Source: a virus
Taxonomy: Duplodnaviria > Caudoviricetes
Virus record (IMG/VR): IMGVR_UViG_3300022666_000343
Location: 1 to 34,700 of that record
Length of the DNA stretch: 34,700 nucleotides
Reading direction: 5' to 3' (one strand)
The notes under the pieces are model-generated. The model worked only from the letters and a program-made list of their open reading frames with translations. It was not told the origin of the DNA and did no database searches. Shown piece by piece: positions 17,049-26,752 of the stretch. Each line of letters begins with the position of its first letter. The first letter of the stretch is position 1. Made by a program: the position numbers and the translations under genes.

Positions 17049-17270
17049 CTACAGCCAGTCAACCTGGTCGCAATATGTACGCCCAGCTGGCCCGGCCTGG
17101 TCACCGGCCAGCGCAAAAACGATCCTCAGCAGCGTGTCCACATCCGTCTCGTCAATCAACGATGGGGGCCAGCCATAGGCCCGGATCAACGATATCTCCG
17201 TGGCCACCAGGTCATCGATATCCAGTGAGTTGCTGGCCGGCGGGGTTAATCCCCCGCCGGCGTAGGGTTT
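17049..17270 (-). CDS. Tail assembly chaperone C-terminal extension (gpT-like, reached by -1 frameshift)
   Basis: The -1 frame is open from the slippery site to 17049 (...LIRAYGWPPSLIDETD...YCDQVDWL), ending just before the tape measure start. Confidence 0.7.
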   Translation of the reverse strand, partial: KPYAGGGLTPPASNSLDIDDLVATEISLIRAYGWPPSLIDETDVDTLLRIVFALAGDQAGPAGRTYCDQVDWL

Positions 17271-17587
17271 CGCGCCGGAACCGCGCCGCGGGCGCGGGCC
17301 ATGATCGCTTTCAACACGGTCGTAACCTCTTCGATGCTGGAATAATTCCCCAGATCTTCCGTGGTAAATTTGTTGCCGAAAATCGCCACAATCAACACAT
17401 CGATAGCGTTCAGGGATTCCTCCGAAAGATTTTCGGGATGTTCCAGATCGATGTGTTTCAGGAGTTTGGTCAACTCTTTGAGGATCTTCCACTGAATAAA
17501 GGCGCGGCTATGCTCCGCGACCACTTCCCCAGTGTCAGGATCATAGAACGTCAGAATGATGGGCGGGGGAGGAAGAGGAGTATGCAT
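17246..17587 (-). CDS. Tail assembly chaperone (gpG-like)
   Basis: 113 aa between tail tube and tape measure; IFGNKFTTEDL motif; RBS GGAGG. Confidence 0.8.
   Translation of the reverse strand: MHTPLPPPPIILTFYDPDTGEVVAEHSRAFIQWKILKELTKLLKHIDLEHPENLSEESLNAIDVLIVAIFGNKFTTEDLGNYSSIEEVTTVLKAIMARARGAVPARNPTPAGD
17264..17270 (-). other. -1 programmed frameshift slippery heptamer A_AAC_CCT
   Basis: XXXYYYZ in the correct frame (CGA AAC CCT). A 10-bp GC hairpin at 17236-17261 lies just downstream. Confidence 0.7.
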
Positions 17588-17597
17588 TGATTACCTC

Positions 17598-18524
17598 CTA
17601 TGCCGTCGTAAAACTGACGACAGTCGTCAGGGTTTGGCCGTACACATCGGCGACACCATTGATCATGATGTAATACTCGGTCGCTGCCGCCAGGTTTCCG
17701 GTTGGATTAACGGTCATAATCGTCTTTCCAGCGTTCAAGGATCGCACAGTAGTGAAAACACTGGCGTCGCTCGCCTTAATCAAGGCCACATTGTTGATCG
17801 CCGCATTGACCAGCGCGTTGTTGAAGGTCAATGTGAGGTCCGCCCCGACCAGCACACCAGTCGCATTGTCAACCGGAGAGCTGCTGGAAAGTGCCAACGC
17901 CGACGGCGCGCTGGAACCAGGAACCTGCACGGCACTGAACCAACCCGTAGCGCTGAAATTCGTCACGTCGTCGTCACCAACCACGCGCTTTAAGGTGTTG
18001 ACGCTGGAATCAGCCAGGGTCCACTTGTAGGTAGTTTTGATAGCCGTGAAGGTGACCTGGATAGTTTTAGGCTCCGGCTGGGCCTTTTTAGTCGTCGCCT
18101 CCTCTTTGATGCTGTCGAATTTCCCTTTCAGATACCAGAAATACCGATATCCACCGCTGGAACGAAGGGAGCGAAAACCCAGGGCGAAATAAGGCGCGAC
18201 GCCGGCCTGGTCGAAAATTCGTCCAGTAGCAGAATCGAAGACACGGCCATTAATCAGGGCCTGGAGCTCCAGCGGCAGGCCGGTTACCGTCAGGGTGATC
18301 TTAGTTTCACCTTCGGCGGTCATCACATCGAAAGGACCGTCGTCGGCAAACTGGATCTCAAACGAGCTACTCGGTTCCTGGCTGGCCTCAGCCGCCGGCG
18401 CGAACCACTGTGGAGTTTCCGCAACATAACCAGCCGCATCGTCCTGCGTGATCAGGGCAATGTAGATGGAATCAAGGCCGATCGGGGATTTATATTCCCC
18501 GGGATTTGCATTAACAGGAGTCAT
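17598..18524 (-). CDS. Major tail (tube) protein, phi13-like, with C-terminal Ig-like domain
   Basis: FADDGP, APYFALGF and YRYFWYLKGKF motifs. The C-terminal SSSPVDNATGV...LTLTFN...VADVYGQ segment resembles Big_5. Confidence 0.88.
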   Translation of the reverse strand: MTPVNANPGEYKSPIGLDSIYIALITQDDAAGYVAETPQWFAPAAEASQEPSSSFEIQFADDGPFDVMTAEGETKITLTVTGLPLELQALINGRVFDSATGRIFDQAGVAPYFALGFRSLRSSGGYRYFWYLKGKFDSIKEEATTKKAQPEPKTIQVTFTAIKTTYKWTLADSSVNTLKRVVGDDDVTNFSATGWFSAVQVPGSSAPSALALSSSSPVDNATGVLVGADLTLTFNNALVNAAINNVALIKASDASVFTTVRSLNAGKTIMTVNPTGNLAAATEYYIMINGVADVYGQTLTTVVSFTTA

Positions 18525-18529
18525 CGCCT

Positions 18530-18877
18530 TTACCCTCCTTCGAGGTAAGAAAATTCCATCGCCAATCCATAATGGCGGCTTTGGAGAGAAAAGGGCTGTT
18601 CGGTGTCCGGACCATGCGTAAATCCGGCCACTATCATTGCCCCCGCAATGTCAGGAACAGAATTCAGCCCGGCCCGGCTCCAAAACGTAACCTGCATGGT
18701 GCGCCGGCGCGAAACTTCGCCATCGTCAGCGTGCTGCAGGGGCGGGCTGGAGATCATCTGGTAAACGATATAGGTGTCGGGTAGACTGGTGCCCGATTCA
18801 ACGATGTAGGTATTGGCCGCCAGGGGGAGTCCCAGCGGCGTCAGCGCCGATTTGACGCGCTCCCAAATCGTGGTCAT
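18530..18877 (-). CDS. Tail terminator/completion protein
   Basis: 115 aa, PDTYIVY and MQVTFWS motifs; synteny. Confidence 0.7.
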   Translation of the reverse strand: MTTIWERVKSALTPLGLPLAANTYIVESGTSLPDTYIVYQMISSPPLQHADDGEVSRRRTMQVTFWSRAGLNSVPDIAGAMIVAGFTHGPDTEQPFSLQSRHYGLAMEFSYLEGG

Positions 18878-19269
18878 CGGAATTTCTCCCGGAGATAGTC
18901 TTTCATCGCCCGACGGGCCTTTGTTCCATCTTCGTCGAAGGTCGGGCGGATATATGGATGTGCCGGCATTGAGCTGGTGCCGTACTCCTGAGAATTACCA
19001 TATCGAGCTGAGTCTGCATCAGTCCCGCGCAACAAGCCCACCTCTATGTAATAAAAGTTCCCGTCCCGTTTTACATCGGATTTCCGAAGCTTGGACTTCA
19101 AATTTCCAGTAAGGACTTTTACTCTCTCTTGCATGCCCTCCAGCAAGACATCGGCCCCCACATTGAGAGCATCCGCCACGGCCTCATCAATATTGGCGCC
19201 GATCGCCGCCAGTTCCTCCAGAAACGCATCAAAGCCCCGCGTGCTAAGGTATGCCCGGTTTGCCATCAT
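18874..19269 (-). CDS. HK97 gp10-family tail component
   Basis: TGNLKS and QEYGTSSMPAHPYIRPTFD motifs. Confidence 0.88.
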   Translation of the reverse strand: MMANRAYLSTRGFDAFLEELAAIGANIDEAVADALNVGADVLLEGMQERVKVLTGNLKSKLRKSDVKRDGNFYYIEVGLLRGTDADSARYGNSQEYGTSSMPAHPYIRPTFDEDGTKARRAMKDYLREKFR

Positions 19270-19616
19270 CCACCTACCACGGCCCGGACCTTGAGCTCCA
19301 GGATCTCTGATCTTTCACCAATGTTGTCTATCGAGACGATTTCAAAGACCTCGCTCCCCTTCTGTACCCTCCATGTCAGGCCCAGGTCGGCCCTGTACCG
19401 GATGCGCACTGTGGCGGCCCGGGTCGCCTGGATAGCGGCGGCGGCCCAGGCCTCCGCCCCGTGCGCGTTTTTCCAGTCGGCCATCACGGCCCCGTTCGTC
19501 GCCGCCGTGTAGGTGGGCGTTTTAAAGCCGCCGGCGTTGGCAGACTCCACCGGCTGCAGCAACGTGATAGGCGTGCGTAAATCGCCCGGATTGAACGTCT
19601 TTCCCCCTATGTTCAT
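19266..19616 (-). CDS. Head closure / head-tail joining protein (SPP1 gp16-like)
   Basis: PGDLRTPITL...IRYRADL...FEIVSI motifs. Confidence 0.85.
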   Translation of the reverse strand: MNIGGKTFNPGDLRTPITLLQPVESANAGGFKTPTYTAATNGAVMADWKNAHGAEAWAAAAIQATRAATVRIRYRADLGLTWRVQKGSEVFEIVSIDNIGERSEILELKVRAVVGG

Positions 19617-19912
19617 GATCCCGCCTCCAGTTCCAGTGCCAGGACCTCTAGCTGGAGCAATACCGCAGTCAGGCCATAGTCCAACGTCGTCATGCCGCTG
19701 GCCGCCATCGCGGGATTCTCATACCACAAGGTCAACAGCATCATGGCGGCCGCCTTGGCCTCATCCCGCACCGGATTATCTGCGGCCCAATCCCGACCGG
19801 TGGCCCTCTTGATGTGCGCGTCCACCAACGGCATCAGAAACAACATCGTGGCATCGGTGCTTGACGTTCTTAAAACATTCGCCCCCTCCGCCGCTGTCAG
19901 GATATTAGCCAT
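19613..19912 (-). CDS. Head-tail connector (HK97 gp6-like)
   Basis: IKRATGR...KAAAMMLLTLWYENP motif. Confidence 0.85.
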   Translation of the reverse strand: MANILTAAEGANVLRTSSTDATMLFLMPLVDAHIKRATGRDWAADNPVRDEAKAAAMMLLTLWYENPAMAASGMTTLDYGLTAVLLQLEVLALELEAGS

Positions 19913-19920
19913 AGGGCCTC

Positions 19921-21102
19921 CTAAACCAGGTACACCAGAGTTACCTCTTTGGACCCGTCAGGAGTCCCGCTGAGGCTGTACAGATTGCGCTCCAGATCGG
20001 CGCTGACGGCCAGACTACCGCCGTCGGCACTGCCATTGAAAAGCTTGACTAGCAACATGGCCGCGTTTTCCACTATGTGAGGAAGCCCAAGTTTCTTGGC
20101 AATTCCAACCGAAACCGTATCTACCGGCACCCCGGCCTGAGTGTTGGCGCTGGCCGGCGCCGCCGTGATCCCCACACAAGTGCCGTCGGCAAGCGCGACA
20201 TTCAACGTGCCATCGTCGGCGGCATACACCTTTCGCGTTAAGATGATGCTGGCGTCAGCTCCGCCCACAGTAAACATAGCGGTGATCGCAGCGTCGTCGG
20301 TCAGTGCAGTCCGGATCTTTTCCGCCCACTGCGCCGCCGTGTCGTTTTCTAGCACGGCCACCGCCAGGGTCTTGGGATTCCCCGTCATGCCGGCAGCCGT
20401 CACAATGACCTGAGCGTCGCCGCTGGAGGTGATCGTGCCGGCCGCCGTGGCCGTCTCGATTTGGTACGCCGGGGCGTGGGTCTGCGCCGGCAGGTCCACC
20501 TGGTCGACCGAAGCGAAGGCTTCGACGCCCTCTACCTCCGCCGACCCATTGAGTGTAATCGTATCCTCGATCGTTGTGCCGGCGACATTGGTCCCCGTCA
20601 CAACTACGTTCCCCACAATCCCTGCCACATTGCCCTTTATCGTGACCGTGCGGGGGAAATCCGGCGCCGTCAGGCCCTCCGTAATCTCCTGGGGGCTCCC
20701 CCCCAGATTGGTGGCCGGCAGCACAGCGACGGCCGATACCGCCGCCGGCGCCAGAGTGTACCGCTGGGCGAACATTGCCTGCAGCGTTCCGGCATTCAGC
20801 GCAGGCGCACCCTGCCGCAGATTGGCCGGTGTCAGGGCCCGCGTCCCCAGCGTTTCGGCCTGGGCCTCTGCATCCGTCGCCAGCTCCACCAGGCCGGCCG
20901 CCGTCGTGCTGGCTGCGGTTGCATCCAGCACGGCGGGCAGATTGGCGGGGGTGAGTAGGGCGGCTTGGGATGATTTGGCTACTGCCTCCGCATCCGTGGC
21001 CAGCACGGGCGCGGAGAAGGTGCCGTCGCCGTTGACGATCTCCAGCTGTAGTCCGGCAACCCGCTTTCGATCAAGGTCATTAATCCTCAGCGCCCGTCCC
21101 AT
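19921..21102 (-). CDS. Ala/Thr-rich virion structural protein (putative head fibre/decoration)
   Basis: 393 aa in the head cluster, with two LATDAEA...LTPANL fibre-type repeats followed by beta-rich domains. Confidence 0.55.
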   Translation of the reverse strand: MGRALRINDLDRKRVAGLQLEIVNGDGTFSAPVLATDAEAVAKSSQAALLTPANLPAVLDATAASTTAAGLVELATDAEAQAETLGTRALTPANLRQGAPALNAGTLQAMFAQRYTLAPAAVSAVAVLPATNLGGSPQEITEGLTAPDFPRTVTIKGNVAGIVGNVVVTGTNVAGTTIEDTITLNGSAEVEGVEAFASVDQVDLPAQTHAPAYQIETATAAGTITSSGDAQVIVTAAGMTGNPKTLAVAVLENDTAAQWAEKIRTALTDDAAITAMFTVGGADASIILTRKVYAADDGTLNVALADGTCVGITAAPASANTQAGVPVDTVSVGIAKKLGLPHIVENAAMLLVKLFNGSADGGSLAVSADLERNLYSLSGTPDGSKEVTLVYLV

Positions 21103-21111
21103 GGCTCCCGC

Positions 21112-21537
21112 TTACGCGGTACCCTCAGCAGGCGAAACATGCAGTTCCCCGACATTGGTCTGCGGGAGTTCTTTCGCGTTGAATTGGAACGCCAGGCAAC
21201 AGGTAGGCGTGGCAGTGTTGGCGTTGGGCACCGTGATAACGGGTCGAACATAGCGCTCCAGCGGTTGCACGATCTCCAGTACGGCCAAACCTTTGGCCGA
21301 AATCGTAGTCGAGAAAGCCTTGGCCGTGCCGGCCAGGTCGGCCGCCCCGGTAAAGTCAGACACCGCAGCCTGCTGCGCCTTGATGCTGAAATCAAGAGCT
21401 TCCCCCTCCAGGGCGCAGACGACAAAGGTCACGCTGTCGAAGCCCTTCATATCGACGCCCGTCCCAGTAAGGGACTCATTGTCGGCGCTTTTCAGCGCCT
21501 GCACCGAAACCTTGCTGTCTCTGAAAATGCTGAACAT
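21112..21537 (-). CDS. Putative capsid decoration protein
   Basis: 141 aa immediately after the capsid gene; beta-rich (GVDMKGFD...RYVR). Confidence 0.55.
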   Translation of the reverse strand: MFSIFRDSKVSVQALKSADNESLTGTGVDMKGFDSVTFVVCALEGEALDFSIKAQQAAVSDFTGAADLAGTAKAFSTTISAKGLAVLEIVQPLERYVRPVITVPNANTATPTCCLAFQFNAKELPQTNVGELHVSPAEGTA

Positions 21538-21552
21538 TGATCCATTCCCCCT

Positions 21553-22917
21553 TTACGCCGTCAGGATATCGACCATGGCCGCAAAACTGGCTTTACGCCG
21601 GATCACCGTGTCCACATCCTGCATGGCAGTGATCAACACCTTGCCCGACGTGCTGTTGCTGTAGGGGTCCACGATCAGATCCAGGCCGCCCCAGTAGGCG
21701 AACGTCAGGTCGGCCCAGTTCCCGAAAATCATCGCCGAGCACGTGGACGCATTACCCTTCACCAGGTCAGACCGGATCTGATTGGTCGCGTAGGCGTCGT
21801 ACCCGTTAACCTGGTTGTTCTCCCAGATGAAGCCGTTTTGGTTGGTGACCTTAGTGGTCTGCTTCAACTTTCCCCGCACCAGGGCATTGGTGATGTACGC
21901 CGTCCGCCCGATGTCGGCATTGGCCACGGCAACTTTGCTCTCCAGGCCGACCATATGAGCCCACGTAGGGGCAGCCCCATTGGTACCGCCTTCGACAATC
22001 TCAATGCCGGCGTTGAGAACGCCCAACGGCTGGTTCTCACTGCCGAGGCCATGGATGCCCACAAAGTCGGACTCCAGGGCCAGCGACTCGGCCAGATCAT
22101 CCCGCGCCAGCATCTCCACATCGATGCTGGATTGCTGGAGCATCCGCCGCGTGAATTCGAGATAGGCCGCTACCGTCCGCGGGCGCACCGCAATCTGCCC
22201 AAAGCCCAGGGTGCTCTTGGTCGGGGCGTTCCCTTCTCCAATCCAGTAGGCCCGGGCACCGGCGGTTTTGGTCGGGATGTCCAAATTACCGACCAGGCCG
22301 GTCAACGTCACCGCGCCGGCAGTGCGCAACACCATCTTGTTGCGGAGCAGGTCCACGAAGGACGCCGACGCCAGTTCGGTAGCGATGGTATACCCGCCCA
22401 GGGCCGGATCTCCCGCCATGTTGGTATCGACAACCCGCCGTCCTTTCACCGGATGAACTGGAGCCTGCTGGATATCGAACGGGACGAAGAACCCCTGCGG
22501 AGTGCGTCCCAATTTTTCAGCCATCGCCCGGCTGGCATCCAGTTCCAGTCCCGCATTGTCCCAGGCCCGAGGGTTGGTGTGGGCTTCGGCCGCCGCGTTA
22601 ATGGCCCGGATCAGGCTGTATTTCCGGATCTCCTGATTAGACATCCCGATCTGCAGATCCTGATCGGCGCGCCCGGGCACAAAAAGCCGGCCCGGATCGC
22701 CGCCGGCCGGAGCCGTCCCCTCGCCGCTGGCCCCACGCATCGACAGATAGAGCTTGTTGGCATTATCGGCCTGGGCGCGGGCCTTATCCAGGTCCGGGAG
22801 GATTTTCATAGCCTCATCGGTCTTCTCCTGAGTGAACAGGTCATCCATGCGCCCGGCGATTTCCCGCACGCGCGCCTCCGCCGTCTGAACCGCATCGTAG
22901 TAGGGTTTCAGATTCAT
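21553..22917 (-). CDS. Major capsid protein, HK97 fold, with N-terminal delta domain
   Basis: 454 aa. GGYTI, AYWIGEG, GLGSENQPLGVLN and MIFGNW motifs. Confidence 0.93.
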   Translation of the reverse strand: MNLKPYYDAVQTAEARVREIAGRMDDLFTQEKTDEAMKILPDLDKARAQADNANKLYLSMRGASGEGTAPAGGDPGRLFVPGRADQDLQIGMSNQEIRKYSLIRAINAAAEAHTNPRAWDNAGLELDASRAMAEKLGRTPQGFFVPFDIQQAPVHPVKGRRVVDTNMAGDPALGGYTIATELASASFVDLLRNKMVLRTAGAVTLTGLVGNLDIPTKTAGARAYWIGEGNAPTKSTLGFGQIAVRPRTVAAYLEFTRRMLQQSSIDVEMLARDDLAESLALESDFVGIHGLGSENQPLGVLNAGIEIVEGGTNGAAPTWAHMVGLESKVAVANADIGRTAYITNALVRGKLKQTTKVTNQNGFIWENNQVNGYDAYATNQIRSDLVKGNASTCSAMIFGNWADLTFAYWGGLDLIVDPYSNSTSGKVLITAMQDVDTVIRRKASFAAMVDILTA

Positions 22918-22926
22918 AGGTCTCCT

Positions 22927-23694
22927 TCACCGTAAGAGTTTTACTTCATCGCGGAGGCGCTTTACCTCCGGCGCGATGACCGCCGTAGCCGGCTCCTGCA
23001 TAAACTGATCCCGCAGAGAAGCCGGAACGTTCGCATAGTTTCGGAGCGCGTTGGTAACCGCGATCGCCGCCGCCGGCGCCGCTTTGTTTCCCCCGATCAC
23101 TTCATCGGCAAAGCCCATCGTAACGGCCTCGTTGGCCGTCATCCAGGTTTCCGCTGCCATCATCCGCGTCAACCGGTCCACGCTCATCCCGGTACGCGCC
23201 GCGTAGGTCTCCACAATCCCGTTCCGAATCGTTTTCAGCTCACTCAATAAACCTTCTAGGGTCGTAATATTGAGCGACGCCAACCAAACAACGACCGCAG
23301 GATCGTGGATCATCATGTAGGCGGAGTCTTGAATCAAAACCCGATCCCCCGCCATGGCCACGATTACCGCAGCCGAAGCGGCCATGCCGTCGATTTTCAC
23401 CGTGATTTTTCCCGGGTAATCCTTCAGGATGGCGCGGATTACCGACGCCGCAATCACATCCCCGCCCCCAGAGTTCAATCTGATGGTAATCGGCCCACCG
23501 GCACCGCGGTCGTGAAGATCTTTCTTGAATTTCCCAGGGGTAATATCGTCTTCGTACCAGCTATATTCAGAGATATACCCATAGAACTCCAGCTCCGGAT
23601 CTCCCCCTTCGCTTTCCACAGCATCCCGGAATCTCCAGAATGCCTCATGAGGTTTTTTCGTCCCGTCGAAACAGCGAATAGGCTCCCCCATCAA
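22927..23694 (-). CDS. ClpP-type (S14) prohead protease
   Basis: RLNSGGGDV, DGMAASAA, MMIHDP and ETWMTANEAV.MGFAD motifs. Confidence 0.93.
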   Translation of the reverse strand: MMGEPIRCFDGTKKPHEAFWRFRDAVESEGGDPELEFYGYISEYSWYEDDITPGKFKKDLHDRGAGGPITIRLNSGGGDVIAASVIRAILKDYPGKITVKIDGMAASAAVIVAMAGDRVLIQDSAYMMIHDPAVVVWLASLNITTLEGLLSELKTIRNGIVETYAARTGMSVDRLTRMMAAETWMTANEAVTMGFADEVIGGNKAAPAAAIAVTNALRNYANVPASLRDQFMQEPATAVIAPEVKRLRDEVKLLR

Positions 23695-24956
23695 TGCTCT
23701 TCCTCCTTTCGTTCAGTTCGTTCAGTCGCCGATTTCACAACCGTCTGGAGCCTTCCGTCTGGAAGGACTACGGCCATATTCGCAGGGACATAATGACTAT
23801 CCCCACCGGGGAACGACGGGTTGTCTTCAATCGCCCGGGCTTCATTGATGGTCATCAGGCCGGATAAAACCTTCTTCGAGAGATATTCGCCCCGCGTTTT
23901 AGAATCCGTCCGCATCAGAGCGTCACGATTGAAGCGCCAGTAATACGAGGATTGCTCTTCCAACGTCAGCCAGTGCAGCTGTGCGGCCTGCTCCCAAGCC
24001 ACCAGATAAGGGTCGAGAGTAGTGGCCAGATAATCCAGGGCCTGCTGCTCATTGCTGGAATAACTCTGTTTGCCCATGTTCAGCTTGTACAAGGGCAAAC
24101 CGAAGAAATTTGCAATATCGAGATCCGTAGCCTCGATGGACTGAAGGAACTGGGCATCGACGGGACTGATCTGAACGGCCTTGTAGTCTTCGACCTTGTT
24201 ATCCAGGATGGCCAGCCGGTAAGCGTTCGCGCTTCCACTCATCGAAGACTCATACTCCTCTCGGATCTTTTGACGAGACTCCGGCGACAAGGCCCCGTTA
24301 AATTTCATGATCGCCGCCGGCATTAACCCTTGCGAGTACAGCATATCCTGAGTTTCTCCGGCCCCCTGCCGCCTCCCCAAGGTATCCCGCGCAAAGGCGA
24401 TCACGCTGCGCCCCAGGAAACCATCCTCCGAGTTGATCATCAGGTGCAGAACCTCAACTGACGGCAGTTCCTCGGTTTGTCCGTTAGAGAACGTTGTCCG
24501 ATACCACAATTGCCCATCCTCGGCGATATAGGGCAGGGTCGCATTGGCGGCCAGGAGGAATAACTCCCGCTGCCGGCCTGGAGGCATCCATATGTAAGCG
24601 TTCCCCCAGTAAAGCAACCACATCACCGCCGTTTTTTTTAGGTAGAAGGCGGTCTGGTAGCGGTTGGGCTGGATCTCCACCACATAGGCCATATTCCTGT
24701 TCCGTCCATCCGGGCGGATGCGTTGAATATTCCCATCTCCCCGGGCCAGGAACAGCTGCAACGGAAGCTTTGCAATATCGTCGCTCAACACCGCCCCACA
24801 TCGGTAAGCTGTAGCAATCCGTTTCACGCTGTCAGGTGTTATAGATTGCCCGGATCCGGCCGTCAATGAATATCCACCCCCGACCAGTTCAGGGCGGGTC
24901 CAGGTCGGCGTGACCAGATTTGTTCTAAGAGCCCTTTTCAGCCGACTGATCAGCAT
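23691..24956 (-). CDS. Portal protein, HK97 family
   Basis: Start MLISRL (RBS GGAGG). IAKLPL, QPNRYQT, LLYWGNAY, DAQFLQ and GLMTINEARAIE motifs. Confidence 0.93.
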   Translation of the reverse strand: MLISRLKRALRTNLVTPTWTRPELVGGGYSLTAGSGQSITPDSVKRIATAYRCGAVLSDDIAKLPLQLFLARGDGNIQRIRPDGRNRNMAYVVEIQPNRYQTAFYLKKTAVMWLLYWGNAYIWMPPGRQRELFLLAANATLPYIAEDGQLWYRTTFSNGQTEELPSVEVLHLMINSEDGFLGRSVIAFARDTLGRRQGAGETQDMLYSQGLMPAAIMKFNGALSPESRQKIREEYESSMSGSANAYRLAILDNKVEDYKAVQISPVDAQFLQSIEATDLDIANFFGLPLYKLNMGKQSYSSNEQQALDYLATTLDPYLVAWEQAAQLHWLTLEEQSSYYWRFNRDALMRTDSKTRGEYLSKKVLSGLMTINEARAIEDNPSFPGGDSHYVPANMAVVLPDGRLQTVVKSATERTERKEEEH

Positions 24957-25119
24957 CGTTTCCTCCATCGTTCCCCAACCCAACGGCAACGCCTCCCACA
25001 ATCAGAAGGCCCCCTGCCATAAAAATGCCGGCGATCGGATGACACAAATAGGCGCCATACGTGATCAGGCCGGCGCCGGCCAGGATCATCAGATCATCCA
25101 AATAACGGAAAATTTTCAT
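24925..25119 (-). CDS. Small two-TM membrane protein between terL and portal
   Basis: MKIFRYLDDLMILAGAGLITYGAYL...; a common feature of HK97-type head modules. Confidence 0.65.
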   Translation of the reverse strand: MKIFRYLDDLMILAGAGLITYGAYLCHPIAGIFMAGGLLIVGGVAVGLGNDGGNDADQSAEKGS

Positions 25120-26693
25120 CACATCCCCCATTGCCCGGTCCGGATCAGTTCGTCGAGATCCACCGTGCCCTCGTAAAAGATTGCCCGGGCCTCAGCAATT
25201 ACCATAGCGGCAGTAAAATCAATCCGTTTCGTTGTAATGGTCCCGCGTCCCTTTGTTTCCTTGACGTACTTCTTCAAACCGGACCCATTGACAGCGATAG
25301 ATGTATTACCAAAGCACCAACGGGCAGTAAGGTTATCTTGGTGCGTCATTGTGCCGGCTTTCAATTCGACCTCAATCTGATTCATCGCGTTGGTCAGGCC
25401 CACCATGGTTTGGGGAACATGAACGCAAACCAACTGATAATCCTTTTCCAGTTCCTGGAGCAACATGGCCGCAAAAGCCCGATCCGCGTCGATTTCCTTC
25501 ACTTTGTAAAGTGCACACCACAATAAAATCGTTTGCTTAACGATGGTGTAATCGACCACAGTTCCAGGAGTGGCGATGATATATCCCTTCTCTACCCATT
25601 GATCGTAGGGAACGTGATCTTTTTCAATCCGCTCACGCATGTTCTCTTCGGGAATGAAGCCTAACCAGATAACCCGCCAATCCAGTTGCGCTCCCTGAGG
25701 AGGAAAAATAGCCGATATCGCTGTCAGATCGGTAGTGCTGGAAAGGTCCAAACCGATGTAGCACTCCTTCCCCAGCAGGCTTTCCATATCCCAATCGCCC
25801 ACAGTATTGTCAAAAAGTTCCAGGGGTAACCACCCCGTTAGTTTTGTTGAAACCCACTGGTTCAACACCAGCCAACGGAATAATTTTTCATTGGCTGCAT
25901 TCTGCTGAGCCTTGTGAGCTAATTTACGAATTGCATCAATCTTGATGGTGTGTCCCAGCGAGGGATTGGCTTTATACCAGTTCTCCTCGTTGTAGATGTC
26001 ATCTCCGTCATATGCAAAAATGACGACATACCAGGTAGGATCGATAATGTCTCCCGAAGCAACGCGCATGGCATAGTCATGCAATTCCCATGCAATAGAA
26101 TTTCTGTCCGGATCATCGCCGGCGGTCGTAATGACCCATACGATGGGCTGGTCGCGCGCCGATCCAGACCCAAAGGTCATCACGTCCCACAAATGCCTAT
26201 CCGGTTGGGTATGAATCTCGTCGAAAATAATGGCCGACGGATTCAAGCCATGCTTGGTCGGGACATCTGAACTGAGCGCCATGTAATAGGAGTCGCCGGC
26301 ATAAATAGTGTTCTCTGAAGCAACAATTCGGCTACGTCGGCTCAAGGCTTTGCATTTTTGAGTCATTACCTTGGCGCCTTTGAAAACTATCTTGGCCTGA
26401 TCCTTATCTCCAGCGCAACCGTAAACTTCGGCCGATGGTTCCCCATCGGCATGTAAGTGGTAAAGAGCAATCCCGGAAGCGAGGGTACTTTTCCCGTTCT
26501 TTTTGGGCAGTTCAATCCAAACGTATTGATATTGTCGGAACCCATCTTCATCAACCGTGCCATAAACATCCCAAAGCGTATCTCTCTGCCACTTTAACAA
26601 GGTGAAAGGCTTGTCTTTATGTCGTCCGGACGGCGGCACCAACGCCTCAAAAAACGTGATGACATTCTGGGCTTTGCTTTCATCGAACGGCAT
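25119..26693 (-). CDS. terL: Terminase large subunit
   Basis: LLKWQ, Walker A PKKNGKS, Walker B IIFDEIH, ITTAG, nuclease GLDLSSTTDL and KRIDFTAA. Start MPFDES; alternative upstream start at 26756. Confidence 0.95.
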   Translation of the reverse strand: MPFDESKAQNVITFFEALVPPSGRHKDKPFTLLKWQRDTLWDVYGTVDEDGFRQYQYVWIELPKKNGKSTLASGIALYHLHADGEPSAEVYGCAGDKDQAKIVFKGAKVMTQKCKALSRRSRIVASENTIYAGDSYYMALSSDVPTKHGLNPSAIIFDEIHTQPDRHLWDVMTFGSGSARDQPIVWVITTAGDDPDRNSIAWELHDYAMRVASGDIIDPTWYVVIFAYDGDDIYNEENWYKANPSLGHTIKIDAIRKLAHKAQQNAANEKLFRWLVLNQWVSTKLTGWLPLELFDNTVGDWDMESLLGKECYIGLDLSSTTDLTAISAIFPPQGAQLDWRVIWLGFIPEENMRERIEKDHVPYDQWVEKGYIIATPGTVVDYTIVKQTILLWCALYKVKEIDADRAFAAMLLQELEKDYQLVCVHVPQTMVGLTNAMNQIEVELKAGTMTHQDNLTARWCFGNTSIAVNGSGLKKYVKETKGRGTITTKRIDFTAAMVIAEARAIFYEGTVDLDELIRTGQWGM

Positions 26694-26752
26694 ATAATCC
26701 CTCACCGTTAAAAGAAAAACAAAGATAAAAATCATCCCGTAAAGGACTCGTT

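Noticed and set aside
15738-22935. Long plus-strand ORFs opposite the structural genes (e.g. 15738-16496, 20429-21253, 21838-22935)
   Set aside because: Antisense shadows of GC-rich coding sequence, with no RBS or recognisable motifs.
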